NCBI GenBank assembly: GCA_934167885.1
Contig: CAKPMB010000008.1
Span: 65 to 64,064, forward strand
Source: an uncultured Bacilli bacterium
GTDB taxonomy: Bacteria; Bacillota_I; Bacilli_A; RF39; UBA660
Direction of reading: 5' to 3'
DNA: 64,000 bases
Below the pieces are notes generated by a model. The model searched no databases, was not told the origin of the DNA, and saw only the letters and a program-made list of their open reading frames with translations. Each line of letters begins with the position of its first letter. The stretch's first letter is position 1. Positions 9,680 to 19,480 of this stretch are shown piece after piece. Both the position numbers and the translations under genes were made by a program.

Positions 9680-10483
9680 ATGAAAACAGTAGTAATAACA
9701 GGTTCGGCAAGAGGATTTGGATTAGAGCTTGCTAAGAGATTTTTTGAAAGAAATTATAATGTTGTTTTAAGTGATATTCAAAGTGATACTTTAAATGAAG
9801 CAATGCGAACATTATTAAGTATTAAAAGTGATGCTTCGGTTATAAGTGTTTTATGTGATGTTACTAATGAAGATGATTTAATGAACTTGTGTAATAAGGC
9901 TGTAGAAAAGTTTAAGAGTATTGATATTTGGATTAATAATGCTGGTGTTAATCAGAAAATGGTTCCTATTTGGGAGATCCCAAGTAGCGATATTAATAGG
10001 TTGATCGATATTGATTTAAAAGCTGTGATGTTAGGAAGTAAAATCGCTGTTAATCAAATGAAAAAGCAAGGGTTTGGACAAATATATGGTGTTGAGGGCT
10101 ATGGTAGTAATGATGCCATGATGACGGGGTTATCAGTTTATGGTACAAGTAAAAGAGGGGTAACGTATTTCTTAGAAAGTCTGGCTAAAGAATTGGCAGA
10201 AGCTAAATTACCTATTTTAGTTGGTATGTTAGCGCCTGGTATTATGATTACCGACTTTATTACCAATTCTATGGGAAATGAGAAGTTCGAGTTGCCTGAT
10301 AAGACTAAGAAAGTCTACAACATTTTAGGTGATAAACCAGATGTTATTTCAAAATATTTGGTTGATAAAATGGTAGTCAATAATAAAAATGGTGTGCGTT
10401 TTACATGGCTTACAAATTCAAAAGCTGCATGGCGTTTTATAACTTCACCATTTAATAAACGTGATTTTTTTATGAAGAATTAA
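9680..10483 (+). CDS. SDR-family oxidoreductase
   Basis: 'VVITGSARGFGLELA' Rossmann motif and 'YGTSK' catalytic motif. Confidence 0.8.
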   Translation: MKTVVITGSARGFGLELAKRFFERNYNVVLSDIQSDTLNEAMRTLLSIKSDASVISVLCDVTNEDDLMNLCNKAVEKFKSIDIWINNAGVNQKMVPIWEIPSSDINRLIDIDLKAVMLGSKIAVNQMKKQGFGQIYGVEGYGSNDAMMTGLSVYGTSKRGVTYFLESLAKELAEAKLPILVGMLAPGIMITDFITNSMGNEKFELPDKTKKVYNILGDKPDVISKYLVDKMVVNNKNGVRFTWLTNSKAAWRFITSPFNKRDFFMKN

Positions 10484-10652
10484 AATAGTTCTAATTGGAT
10501 GACTTGTTTAAGAGGTTTATTACTTTGACATTAATATGTTAAGTGATGTAATTTTTAAAATTTAATTATAATTTTGAGCAAATTTTTATAAGATTTTGAG
10601 AAAAACATGTTATTATTAAAATGAAAGGATTTTTAAAGATAAGGATAGAGGT

Positions 10653-11321
10653 ATGAAGAATTTAAAAAAAGTATTAGGATTTGTTGGGTGTTTAATGGTT
10701 GCGTTGTGTCTTTTTACTGGTTGTAAAAAAGATGAAACAAATTATATGGAAGGAACAGATGAGGCTTTAGCAAAAAATGTTAAGACTGAACTAGTTGAAT
10801 TTCAAGATGGTAAATATGCCGTATTTGTTGAAAATAAAAATAATGTTGCGGTTGATTATCTTTTTGAGTTTGAATTATATGATGAGTCTGATAAAAAACT
10901 AGATACTGCCGGTGGTGGATATACCGTTGGTGCTAACAAAAAAATTGTTTTTGACGTTGATTTAACTAGAGAAACATATGATAGTTATAAAAAAGTAGTT
11001 TATGCTGCTAAACACGAAGACGATGAATATAAAAAATATTATTTTGATGGTATTTCTATAACGATAGCCAAAGAAGGCGAAGATTTTATGGCAACATTTA
11101 AAAATAATAATAACGAAAGTATTGGAACAATTGATGCTACCATAGTTTATTATAAGGATAAAAAAATTGTTGCAGTTGATACAATATTTGTAGATGATAT
11201 TAATGCTAATGAAAGTAAAAAAGAAGAAATTTATGAACCATTAGATGAAAATCACAATTACATTTCTTATGATAGTTACGAAGTAACATTACTTGATGCT
11301 TTTACAAACCTTGATTTTTAA
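10653..11321 (+). CDS. Putative lipoprotein
   Basis: Signal peptide with lipobox 'LFTGC'. Confidence 0.6.
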   Translation: MKNLKKVLGFVGCLMVALCLFTGCKKDETNYMEGTDEALAKNVKTELVEFQDGKYAVFVENKNNVAVDYLFEFELYDESDKKLDTAGGGYTVGANKKIVFDVDLTRETYDSYKKVVYAAKHEDDEYKKYYFDGISITIAKEGEDFMATFKNNNNESIGTIDATIVYYKDKKIVAVDTIFVDDINANESKKEEIYEPLDENHNYISYDSYEVTLLDAFTNLDF

Positions 11322-11598
11322 CTATAAGAAGATTAATTGTTAATGTTCGTGATAATAAGTATTACTTTGATTTTAATAATTGTGTTTTAATTGAATGATA
11401 ATAAAAATTATAAAAGGCTAGCAATAGTCTTTTTTTATGGTTAGATGATTATTTGAGTGAGGTAATATGATGAATAAATTTTTATGATAATGTTTATATT
11501 AATTTATACTTATTTGTCAATAAAAGCATTGATTAGTTTGGCAAGTCAATTGCTATAAGACATAATATAAAATATACTATACTTAGTAGAGGTGTATA

Positions 11599-12522
11599 GT
11601 GAAAAATGGAAAAAATTTGATAATAATTATTGTAGTGGTAATGGCTTTGATTGTTGTTGGTATTTTACTTTTTTGTAAGGGAAATAAAGGTGATAAAAAG
11701 GTCCCATCATTAATAGAAGAGGCTGCTAGTAACAGTGGTAAAAAAGTTAGTGATTATAAGAAGTTTCAAGGTGGTGAAGTATTGAATGAAAGTTCTTATT
11801 TCAATGAGTATACTTTTATAAGTAATAATAAAGCTTATATATTTGATCCGGCTAAACTTAAAACAGGTGAATTGAGTTATAAAAAGGTCTATGATATTCC
11901 TGATAATTTAAAAATTATTAATATTGGAATTCCATACGGACCTGATATACATTTTATTACAAGTGATGATGGTTATTATTCAGTTCGTGATAATAATATT
12001 GATAATAAGATTACGGCTGGGTTTAGTATGTTTGAGAATGCGACATATGAATTAAAAAAATTAAATGATTCTTATAGTAAAAATACTTATGGTGAAAAGC
12101 TTGATTATGACTTAATATTTAATTTACATATGGTAAAGGATAATATTATATATAAACTAACTGTTCCTTTTGATAGTTGGTATGATAAAAAATATTATCC
12201 ATTTACTAAGACCAAAATTGATGGAAATTATGAAGATGAAAAAGTATTGAATGTTTATAATGATCGAATTATAAGAACTGATAAGGCGTTTTATGAAGTT
12301 GTTGATTATTATAAGAATGGTAAAAAGACAAGTGCAACATTAAAAATGCAGATGTTATCTAAATATTATGATGATGTTTTAACATTTACATATGAGTATG
12401 TAATACTTAAAGATTGGACATTGATACCAATTAGAGATATATTTGTTAATAGGGGTAAAAAGTATGTTGAATACAATTATAAAGATTGTTTTGAAGAGGA
12501 GATAACGGTGTTTACGGAGTAG
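11599..12522 (+). CDS. Hypothetical membrane-anchored protein (GTG start)
   Basis: RBS AGAGGTG upstream; N-terminal TM helix; no motifs. Confidence 0.5.
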   Translation: MKNGKNLIIIIVVVMALIVVGILLFCKGNKGDKKVPSLIEEAASNSGKKVSDYKKFQGGEVLNESSYFNEYTFISNNKAYIFDPAKLKTGELSYKKVYDIPDNLKIINIGIPYGPDIHFITSDDGYYSVRDNNIDNKITAGFSMFENATYELKKLNDSYSKNTYGEKLDYDLIFNLHMVKDNIIYKLTVPFDSWYDKKYYPFTKTKIDGNYEDEKVLNVYNDRIIRTDKAFYEVVDYYKNGKKTSATLKMQMLSKYYDDVLTFTYEYVILKDWTLIPIRDIFVNRGKKYVEYNYKDCFEEEITVFTE

Positions 12523-12661
12523 ATTGTTAGTGATTGCCTTGAAATTTGTTAAAGTTGACTGTGGTGAGTGATGTATGATAGCTTATTGGAAAGTGGCATT
12601 TAATCTTGTGATGACTATTTTCTTTTTTTTTCATAAAATACTTTGAGGAGGAAGTAAAAAA

Positions 12662-12958
12662 ATGAATAATGAATATCGTATTGTAGTTGATGCTGGGCAT
12701 GGTGGAAGTGATCCTGGAGCAGTATCTGGCAACTTAAAAGAAAAAGACTTTACACTAAAAGCTGCCAATTATATGTATAATAGATTTAAGGAGCTTGGAA
12801 TACCAGTAGCTATTACAAGAGATACTGATGAAACGTTAACACGAAAAGAGAGATTAAATACGATGACCAATACTTTTGGTAATGATGAAAAGGTGTTGGT
12901 ATTGTCTAATCACATAAATTCAGGAGGTGGCGATAATCATTGTGTAACGAATGTATAA
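12662..12958 (+). pseudogene. 5' segment (N-terminal ~90 aa) of an N-acetylmuramoyl-L-alanine amidase (Amidase_3) gene, interrupted by the intervening element
   Basis: 'IVVDAGHGGSDPGAV...EKDFTLK...LSNHINSGGG' matches the Amidase_3 N-half. The reading frame runs into the element's terminal inverted repeat and stops after 9 foreign codons. Strong RBS GAGGAGG. Confidence 0.8.
12932..12947. repeat. Left terminal inverted repeat of the intervening element
   Basis: GATAATCATTGTGTAA; its partner is at 19481-19496. Confidence 0.65.
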
Positions 12959-13092
12959 CAATTAAAGCCAAATAAATATATGAAGAAATGGAGAAATGTT
13001 ATGAATATTAGTTACACTAAAAAGGTGATTATTTATTACCAAATTTAAAAATAAGTGAAGAAAAATACAAAGAAAATTTAAACAAATATGAA

Positions 13093-13377
13093 TTGTTACG
13101 ATTAAATTTTATAAAAAAATATAGAAAAAGTTTTTATTTTCAGTTAATAATTGAGGGTAATTTATATCAATATCTTCTTTCAGTTTGTAAAAATTCTGAA
13201 GAAAAAGTTGACGACTTGATGCAAAAATTTATAAAAAATGATATCAGATTATCTGAAAACTTTAAAGAAAAAGATAATTTAGAGTGGACAAAATTAATGA
13301 ATAATTATAAAAATATTTCAGAAGAAATTGTATTAAATGAATATATTTTTGAATATAAATTGTTAAAAAATTTATAA
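13093..13377 (+). CDS. Hypothetical small protein (TTG start; weak call)
   Basis: ORF of 94 aa with no motifs; lies within the mobile element upstream of the HEPN gene. Confidence 0.3.
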   Translation: MLRLNFIKKYRKSFYFQLIIEGNLYQYLLSVCKNSEEKVDDLMQKFIKNDIRLSENFKEKDNLEWTKLMNNYKNISEEIVLNEYIFEYKLLKNL

Positions 13378-13497
13378 AAAAGGATAAATTTTTTCAAGAT
13401 AAAAAATGCTCTTTTTTTATTTTGTTAATTTTATGTCTTAGCCAGCACTGCAAATGTACTCCTCTCATTTGCAAAATTATGGGAAAAACCCAAACCC

Positions 13498-13528
13498 TTG
13501 AAAAATTTATCAAATTGTATGTTATAAT
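13498..13528 (+). promoter_or_regulatory. Sigma-A-type promoter (TTGAAA-19-TGtTATAAT, extended -10) upstream of the tandem-HEPN gene
   Basis: TTGAAA at 13498-13503, TG at 13520-21, TATAAT at 13523-13528. A perfect 8-bp inverted repeat TGCAAATG-N8-CATTTGCA at ~13450-13475 lies just upstream and could be an operator. Confidence 0.45.
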
Positions 13529-13555
13529 TATACATAGAATGGTTTAGGTGATATT

Positions 13556-14863
13556 ATGTTTGATACAAGTCAATGGTGGCAAAGTGATACGTTTAGAAAA
13601 ATGCTTAATTACGAACGAGAAAATAGTAGAGAAAAATTTATATATGACGTTAATCAAATGCTAAATGCTTATTATAATATTGACCAGAATTTTGATTTTT
13701 TGATTTATAATGATGATCCCCAATTAGTGGCTTTAGTTTTTTCGTTAATAAGTATTACACATAATAAGGATGATTTGTCTAATTATATAAAAAAAGAAGA
13801 TTTGTCTGATTATATGTATTTTATGATACAAACTAATGATGAATTTAATTCTAGTGTATATGCACATTCTTTTAGAAAAATGCCGGAAAAAAATTTAGAT
13901 ATAGGCGAGTTTTTTAGTATTCCACAATCTACACTTACAATAGTTGATATAGATGATAACGATAATTGTAAAGAAATTTACAATATAGATGATTGGGAGT
14001 TTAATTATAATCATGATGTAGTATCAATTAATAATGGCATTATCACATCTATAAAAAAGGGATGCATAATTGTTGAGTGTGTTAATAAAAAATACAACAT
14101 AACAAGACGAATTAAAATTAATAGTGGAAATGTTAAACAATCAAATATAACAGAATTTTTCTTTACACAGGTTAGAAATATTATAGCCCATGGTAGATTC
14201 TCTTTAGTTAATTCTGGTGCATATGACACAATTGATGAATATAATTCGTTTAATATGTTATCATCAGATAATAGATATAGTAGAGGTACGCAAAGAGAAA
14301 TGATAATTTGTGATAATAATCAATTGAATGTTGTGTATGGTGGAGAAAACTCTTTAAATCCCAAATATGTTATACATTTGGCAAAAACTTTATATAATAA
14401 AGATGGTAATTGTTTTTTTAAGTTTGTAGATATTTTTGATAAATATCATCCTATATTAATCGAAAGAGAATTAAAAAACTTATCTCCAATAGATAAAGTT
14501 GATTATGAAAATCTAATATTATTATCTAAATTTTATATTAATTTTATATATAATTATGATTTTAGTGAAAAAAATAATTATGATTACGATATAATTCCTA
14601 TAGATAATAGATTAAAAGGTACGCTTAGCAACAAGGAATTTATTTATGAAATTAGGACAGCTATAATGCATGGAAGATATACATATCAAAATGATATATT
14701 TAATTTTTGGAATTTTTCTAAAAATGATAACGAAACTAAAACTTTTGATTTGACTATATCATGTGATGAATTGGTAGATATTATTATTGCAAAAGAAAAT
14801 GATTTTTATGCTAATATGAAGTATTCTCCTAAAGAATTAATAAATAGTAGGAAAACTCTTTAG
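13556..14863 (+). CDS. Tandem-HEPN protein (two Rx4H motifs); putative RNase toxin or abortive-infection effector
   Basis: 'VRNIIAHGRF' (~aa 206-215) and 'IRTAIMHGRY' (~aa 362-371). Both fit the HEPN Rx4-6H signature and share the HGR(F/Y) context. 435 aa; encoded on the mobile element. Confidence 0.55.
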   Translation: MFDTSQWWQSDTFRKMLNYERENSREKFIYDVNQMLNAYYNIDQNFDFLIYNDDPQLVALVFSLISITHNKDDLSNYIKKEDLSDYMYFMIQTNDEFNSSVYAHSFRKMPEKNLDIGEFFSIPQSTLTIVDIDDNDNCKEIYNIDDWEFNYNHDVVSINNGIITSIKKGCIIVECVNKKYNITRRIKINSGNVKQSNITEFFFTQVRNIIAHGRFSLVNSGAYDTIDEYNSFNMLSSDNRYSRGTQREMIICDNNQLNVVYGGENSLNPKYVIHLAKTLYNKDGNCFFKFVDIFDKYHPILIERELKNLSPIDKVDYENLILLSKFYINFIYNYDFSEKNNYDYDIIPIDNRLKGTLSNKEFIYEIRTAIMHGRYTYQNDIFNFWNFSKNDNETKTFDLTISCDELVDIIIAKENDFYANMKYSPKELINSRKTL

Positions 14864-14937
14864 TCAAAGTTATTAAGGGTAAAAAATTTATTAACTGGGT
14901 AAAGTTTTGCATATGGATGGTGACATAGAATATTTAG

Positions 14938-14962
14938 AAACACTGTGAAAGGTGTTTTTTTC
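14938..14962 (+). terminator. Rho-independent terminator (AACAC-TGTGAAAG-GTGTT followed by T7)
   Basis: Hairpin plus T-run after the HEPN gene. Confidence 0.6.
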
Positions 14963-15011
14963 TTTTATTTAAATTTTTTCTTTTTTTGAAAAATTGTAAA
15001 GGAGGGGAAGT

Positions 15012-15275
15012 ATGGAAACATTATATATCAAATGTATCATTCCTTTTAGAGTTATAAAGGATAATAGACTAACTTCATTAGAAAAACTAATTTTGATACA
15101 TATGGTATCTTTTAGTAAAAATAATGATGTGTATTGTTGGGGTACAAATCAATACTTTTGTGACATTTATAAAGTTAGCAGACAAACAATATCAAAGAGC
15201 ATTAATAATTTGGTGAAATTAGGCTATTTAAGAAGTGAATATGATAAGTTCAATAAGAAGAATCAGAAAAGATAA
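15012..15275 (+). CDS. Small helix-turn-helix DNA-binding protein (phage/plasmid-type regulator)
   Basis: 87 aa; 'QTISKSINNLVKLGYLRSEY' resembles a winged-helix recognition segment; RBS AAAGGAGGGG. Confidence 0.4.
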   Translation: METLYIKCIIPFRVIKDNRLTSLEKLILIHMVSFSKNNDVYCWGTNQYFCDIYKVSRQTISKSINNLVKLGYLRSEYDKFNKKNQKR

Positions 15276-15619
15276 AAGATAAGTTTAATACTGGTATTAA
15301 AGAAAACTAGACACAATAAACAATAGTGTAGATAACTAAATATATATTACTTACTGAAAAAGAAAAGTATATATAACTATATAAGAAAGAAAGTGGTGAG
15401 GAAATAATAATGATTACAAGCATAAGTTTTAATGAGGTGTTGTTATGTTTAATATAACAGAGACATTTAAAGATAAATCCGCAAATTTAATCTTGTTGAT
15501 AACTGAATATATAAAAAGTGTGATAGATAATGAGTAGTATACTCCCGAAAAAATTATTTTTATGTTATGCTAGAAGTGGCTTTAAATTGTTATACAAAAA
15601 GAAAGGAGCGGAATAAAAA

Positions 15620-17203
15620 TTGTATAACACTTTAATTCAGCAAGATAAAGTATTTAAAGCGGGAATATACATAAGATTATCTGAAGCAGATGAAGGAAAA
15701 AATTACGAAACTGATAGTGAAAGTGTTCTTAATCAAAGAAATATATTAATGAAATTTATAAAGGAAAATGGTTTTATATTTGTAGATGAATATGTAGATG
15801 ATGGTTTTTCAGGAACTGATTTTGAAAGACCAGGATTTATGCGTATGATTGAAGATATAAAAAATAAATTAATAAACTTAGTTATAGTAAAAGATTTATC
15901 TAGATTAGGTAGAGATCATATTATGACAGGATATTATATTGAAACCTTTTTCCTTGAAAATGGAGTTAGATTTATTTCAATGCAAGAAGGATATGATAAT
16001 GCACTAAATCAGGCTAGTAATGATTCATCAACTTTTATAATTGCTTGTAATGATTATTATAGTAAACAAAATTCTATTAAGATTCGTAATGTCTTAAATG
16101 ATAAAAGAAGAAATGGTAAGTTTATTGGAAGTATGCCTAGTTTTGGATATATGAGAGATCCAGAGGATAAAGGTCATTTGATACCTGACCCAGAATATGC
16201 ACCCATTGTTAAGAAAATATTTGAAATGGCTTCAAAAGGAGTAGGTGTATCAGATATAACATCATATTTAAATGATAATAAAATAAAAACACCTAGTAGT
16301 CTTAAGAGAAAAAATCCTAATGCAAAATCTAAATATAATCCTATATGGACTATTTCATCAGTAAAGAAAATATTAAAAAATCAAATGTATACTGGAGATA
16401 TGGTACAAAGTGTTCAAACTAAAGTATCTTATAAATCTAAAAAGAAAAAAACTCTTCCTAGAAGTAATTGGGATATAGTAAAAAACACTCATGAAGCACT
16501 TGTTGATAGAATTACTTTTGAAAGAGTACAAAACAATGTTAAAAGAATAAATAAAACAGTTAATACTAATCGCGAAAAAAGATTATTTGAAAATTTAATT
16601 TATTGTAGAGAATGTGGAAATACATTAACAGTTTCATATAGAAAGAATCATAACTATTGGACAGTTAATTGTAATAGGTATTCAAGAGATCCTAGAAGAA
16701 GAATGTGTGAACCACATTTTATGCCATATGATAAATTGGAAGAAGCTTTATTGCAAAATATAAAGAAGACTTGTAAAAAATATATAGAACAAATAAACAT
16801 ATCTGAACTATCAAAAGAAATAGCAAATAAAAAGAAAAAGACTAATGAAAACAAAGAAAGAATAACAGAACTTCAAAAGAAAGAAAAAGAGTATTTAAAT
16901 AAGTTAGATGTTTTATATGAAGATAAATTTAGGGGTGTGGTATCAGAAGAAACTTACAAAAGAATTGCATCTGAAACAGAAAAATTGTTGACTAAAATAA
17001 GGAATCAAATTGATAAACAAAAAGATGAAGATAAGGTAATAAAAAATAAGACTAGTGATTTAAAAGAATATGAAGAAAAAATTAAAAAATTAATTGATAT
17101 AGAAAATCCTACACGAGAATTTTTACAAACAATTGTGGATAAAATAATTATTGATAAAGATAAGAATGTGGAAATCATTTATAAATTCAGTATAATAGAT
17201 TAA
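15620..17203 (+). CDS. Large serine recombinase (resolvase N-domain + recombinase domain + zinc ribbon + coiled coil), TTG start
   Basis: 'AGIYIRLSEADEG' with the nucleophile Ser context, 'LSRLGRD', zinc ribbon 'CRECGNTL...CNRYSRD...C', K/E-rich coiled-coil tail. 527 aa; RBS AAAGGAGCGG. Confidence 0.85.
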   Translation: MYNTLIQQDKVFKAGIYIRLSEADEGKNYETDSESVLNQRNILMKFIKENGFIFVDEYVDDGFSGTDFERPGFMRMIEDIKNKLINLVIVKDLSRLGRDHIMTGYYIETFFLENGVRFISMQEGYDNALNQASNDSSTFIIACNDYYSKQNSIKIRNVLNDKRRNGKFIGSMPSFGYMRDPEDKGHLIPDPEYAPIVKKIFEMASKGVGVSDITSYLNDNKIKTPSSLKRKNPNAKSKYNPIWTISSVKKILKNQMYTGDMVQSVQTKVSYKSKKKKTLPRSNWDIVKNTHEALVDRITFERVQNNVKRINKTVNTNREKRLFENLIYCRECGNTLTVSYRKNHNYWTVNCNRYSRDPRRRMCEPHFMPYDKLEEALLQNIKKTCKKYIEQINISELSKEIANKKKKTNENKERITELQKKEKEYLNKLDVLYEDKFRGVVSEETYKRIASETEKLLTKIRNQIDKQKDEDKVIKNKTSDLKEYEEKIKKLIDIENPTREFLQTIVDKIIIDKDKNVEIIYKFSIID

Positions 17204-17235
17204 AATAATAATATACCGATAACGGAATAAAAATA

Positions 17236-17264
17236 TTGACAAATACTACCGATTACGGTATAAT
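17236..17264 (+). promoter_or_regulatory. Consensus sigma-A promoter TTGACA-17-TATAAT driving the Fic gene
   Basis: TTGACA at 17236-17241 and TATAAT at 17259-17264. The ORF-track start at 17236 is actually the -35 box. Confidence 0.6.
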
Positions 17265-17283
17265 TGCAATAGAGGTGAAAAGT

Positions 17284-18210
17284 ATGGAATTTATGACTAC
17301 AAAGAAAGCTGTTGAAAAATGGAACATTAGTGAAAGAAGAATCAGACAATTATTACAAGATGGTAGAATTGGAGGTGCAGTTAAAGTAGGAAATAGTTGG
17401 AATATTCCTATTGATGCCGAGAAACCAGTTGATAAAAGAATAATTAAACCAGATGATAATAAATTTATTATTGATTTAGATGATGATTATTTTGATGAAG
17501 TAGATAGTTTAAAAAAAGAATTAGATAGTAAAAGACCAATACCTAAAGAAACTTTAAAATCATTAAGAGAATCTATTAACTTAGAATGGACTTATAATAG
17601 TAATGGAATTGAAGGTAATACTTTAACATTAAGAGAAACACAAGTTGTTTTAGAAGGAATAACTGTTGGTGGAAAATCTATTAAAGAGCATTTAGAAGCA
17701 ATTAACCATGAAAAAGCAATTTTATTTTTAGATGATTTAGTTAAAGATAATGAACCAATTAGTGAGTGGAATATTAAAAATATCCATCAGTTAATTTTAA
17801 AGGATATAGATAATGAAAATGCTGGAAGGTATAGAAAAGAAAATGTAACTATTAAAGGTGCAACACATATTCCTCCAGACCATTTAAAAGTTCCTGAATT
17901 GATGGAAAAATTAATATTAACTTATAATACTTGGAGTGAATATCATCCAATAATTCAAGCAGCATTATTACATGGTGAGTTAGTTAAAATACACCCATTT
18001 GTAGATGGTAATGGAAGAACATCCAGATTACTTATGAATTTAGTTTTAATGAACAATGGATATAATCCCGTAATTATTAAAAAGGAATCAAGATTAAAAT
18101 ATTATGAAGCATTAGATAAAGCACATACAACTGGTAATTATACAGATTTTGTTAAGCTAGTTACTGAGTTGGAAGTGGAAATGTTGAAAAAATATTTAGA
18201 ATTATTGTAG
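17284..18210 (+). CDS. Fic-family protein (class II, with N-terminal inhibitory motif) carrying an N-terminal HTH
   Basis: Fic motif 'HPFVDGNGRTSRLL'; inhibitory 'SNGIEGN' ((S/T)xxxE(G/N)); N-terminal 'TKKAVEKWNISERRIRQLLQDGRI' is HTH-like. RBS GAGGTG before ATG 17284. Confidence 0.8.
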   Translation: MEFMTTKKAVEKWNISERRIRQLLQDGRIGGAVKVGNSWNIPIDAEKPVDKRIIKPDDNKFIIDLDDDYFDEVDSLKKELDSKRPIPKETLKSLRESINLEWTYNSNGIEGNTLTLRETQVVLEGITVGGKSIKEHLEAINHEKAILFLDDLVKDNEPISEWNIKNIHQLILKDIDNENAGRYRKENVTIKGATHIPPDHLKVPELMEKLILTYNTWSEYHPIIQAALLHGELVKIHPFVDGNGRTSRLLMNLVLMNNGYNPVIIKKESRLKYYEALDKAHTTGNYTDFVKLVTELEVEMLKKYLELL

Positions 18211-18222
18211 TAGGAGGAAGTT

Positions 18223-18390
18223 ATGGAAATAGAAGTAATTATTGCAGCTATAATAGAAGGAATTGTAGCATTAATTGTAGGTTTTTGCAGTGGATATTCA
18301 GTAGGAATTAATAAAAAAAATAAATTTAAACAGAAAGCTAAAGATAATGCTAATCAAATTCAAATTGGTGTAATAAATAATGGAAAATAA
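18223..18390 (+). CDS. Small single-TM protein (55 aa), translationally coupled to the next ORF
   Basis: RBS TAGGAGGAAG; hydrophobic 'VIIAAIIEGIVALIVGFCSGY'. Its 3' 48 bp are duplicated imperfectly at the start of the next ORF (18331-18378 versus 18395-18442). Confidence 0.45.
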   Translation: MEIEVIIAAIIEGIVALIVGFCSGYSVGINKKNKFKQKAKDNANQIQIGVINNGK

Positions 18391-19480
18391 AAATCAGAAG
18401 GCTAGAGATAATGCAATTCAAGTTCATGCGGATACAATAAATCTCGGATTAAATGAAGAAACTGTGAGAAATATAATTTCTATTGAAACACAAAAAGCTT
18501 TAAAAGAAGCAGAATTAGTAGCAACAGAAGTTGCACTAAAAAGGTTAAATGAATATAATGAAACATTGATAAATAAATTAGTAAAATATGAAATGCTACA
18601 AGCCTTTTCAGATCCAGCTATTCAAATGCTATTTAGAAAAACAGAAAGAACTGCTATTTGTACAGATAGAGAATTTGATTATGAAATGTTAAGTGAATTA
18701 TTAGCGCATAGGGTTAAGAAGGATAAAGATTATGTAGTAAAAGCTGCAATTAATAAATCAGTTGAAATAATTGAAGATATTTCTGAGGAAGCTTTGCTAG
18801 GGTTAACTTTATTATTTGCGATAATAAGCATACAACCAGAAAGTGGAATTATGTCTGATGGATTAGCTGTATTGGATAGTTTATTTGGAAGACTAATTGC
18901 TGGAAATAAACTACCATACGGAAGAACTTGGATAGATAATTTAGAAATAGTTCAAGTTGTAAAAATTATACCATATTCAAGTATCTCAAAATTTAATGAC
19001 CACTTTAATAAAAAATTAGATGGTTACTTTAAGGATGGGATAGAAGTAAATTCAGAAAAATATAACAAAATAATAAATGATTTGAAAAATGTTGGATTGT
19101 CAGGAAATATACTAATAAAAAATGAATACATAAATAATTATTATAAAATTCCTGTAGTAAAAAAAGAACAAATAAAAGATTTAAGAATTAACATAGTTAC
19201 AGCAACTGGACAAATTACAGTTATTAAATTAACAGAAGAACAAATAAAAGTATTAGAAGATATATATGAAAATTATGATAATAAACCACAAAATATAGAT
19301 GAGATTCAGAAAAAATATCAAGAAAATTTAGATAAATATGTTAATTTGGAAAAAATTTCTACTTGGTGGGATGACGCAATGTTTAATATGCCAAGTATAG
19401 AAATAACCCCTATTGGGAGAATTTTAGCACAAGTGAATGCTAAAAGATTGGATGATAGGGTGCCTAGTTTAGAAAATTAA
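18380..19480 (+). CDS. Hypothetical protein (366 aa), last gene of the mobile element
   Basis: Long ORF with no recognisable motif. Confidence 0.5.
   Translation: MENKNQKARDNAIQVHADTINLGLNEETVRNIISIETQKALKEAELVATEVALKRLNEYNETLINKLVKYEMLQAFSDPAIQMLFRKTERTAICTDREFDYEMLSELLAHRVKKDKDYVVKAAINKSVEIIEDISEEALLGLTLLFAIISIQPESGIMSDGLAVLDSLFGRLIAGNKLPYGRTWIDNLEIVQVVKIIPYSSISKFNDHFNKKLDGYFKDGIEVNSEKYNKIINDLKNVGLSGNILIKNEYINNYYKIPVVKKEQIKDLRINIVTATGQITVIKLTEEQIKVLEDIYENYDNKPQNIDEIQKKYQENLDKYVNLEKISTWWDDAMFNMPSIEITPIGRILAQVNAKRLDDRVPSLEN

Noticed and set aside
13556-14863. Cas13-like effector (two HEPN motifs)
   Set aside because: 435 aa is far below any Cas13. No CRISPR repeat array or cas genes are present anywhere in the window.
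17236-17283. ORF-track start at 17236 for the Fic gene (MTNTTDYGIIAIEV...)
   Set aside because: Position 17236-17241 is a TTGACA -35 box, 17 bp from a TATAAT. The real start is ATG 17284, preceded by GAGGTG.
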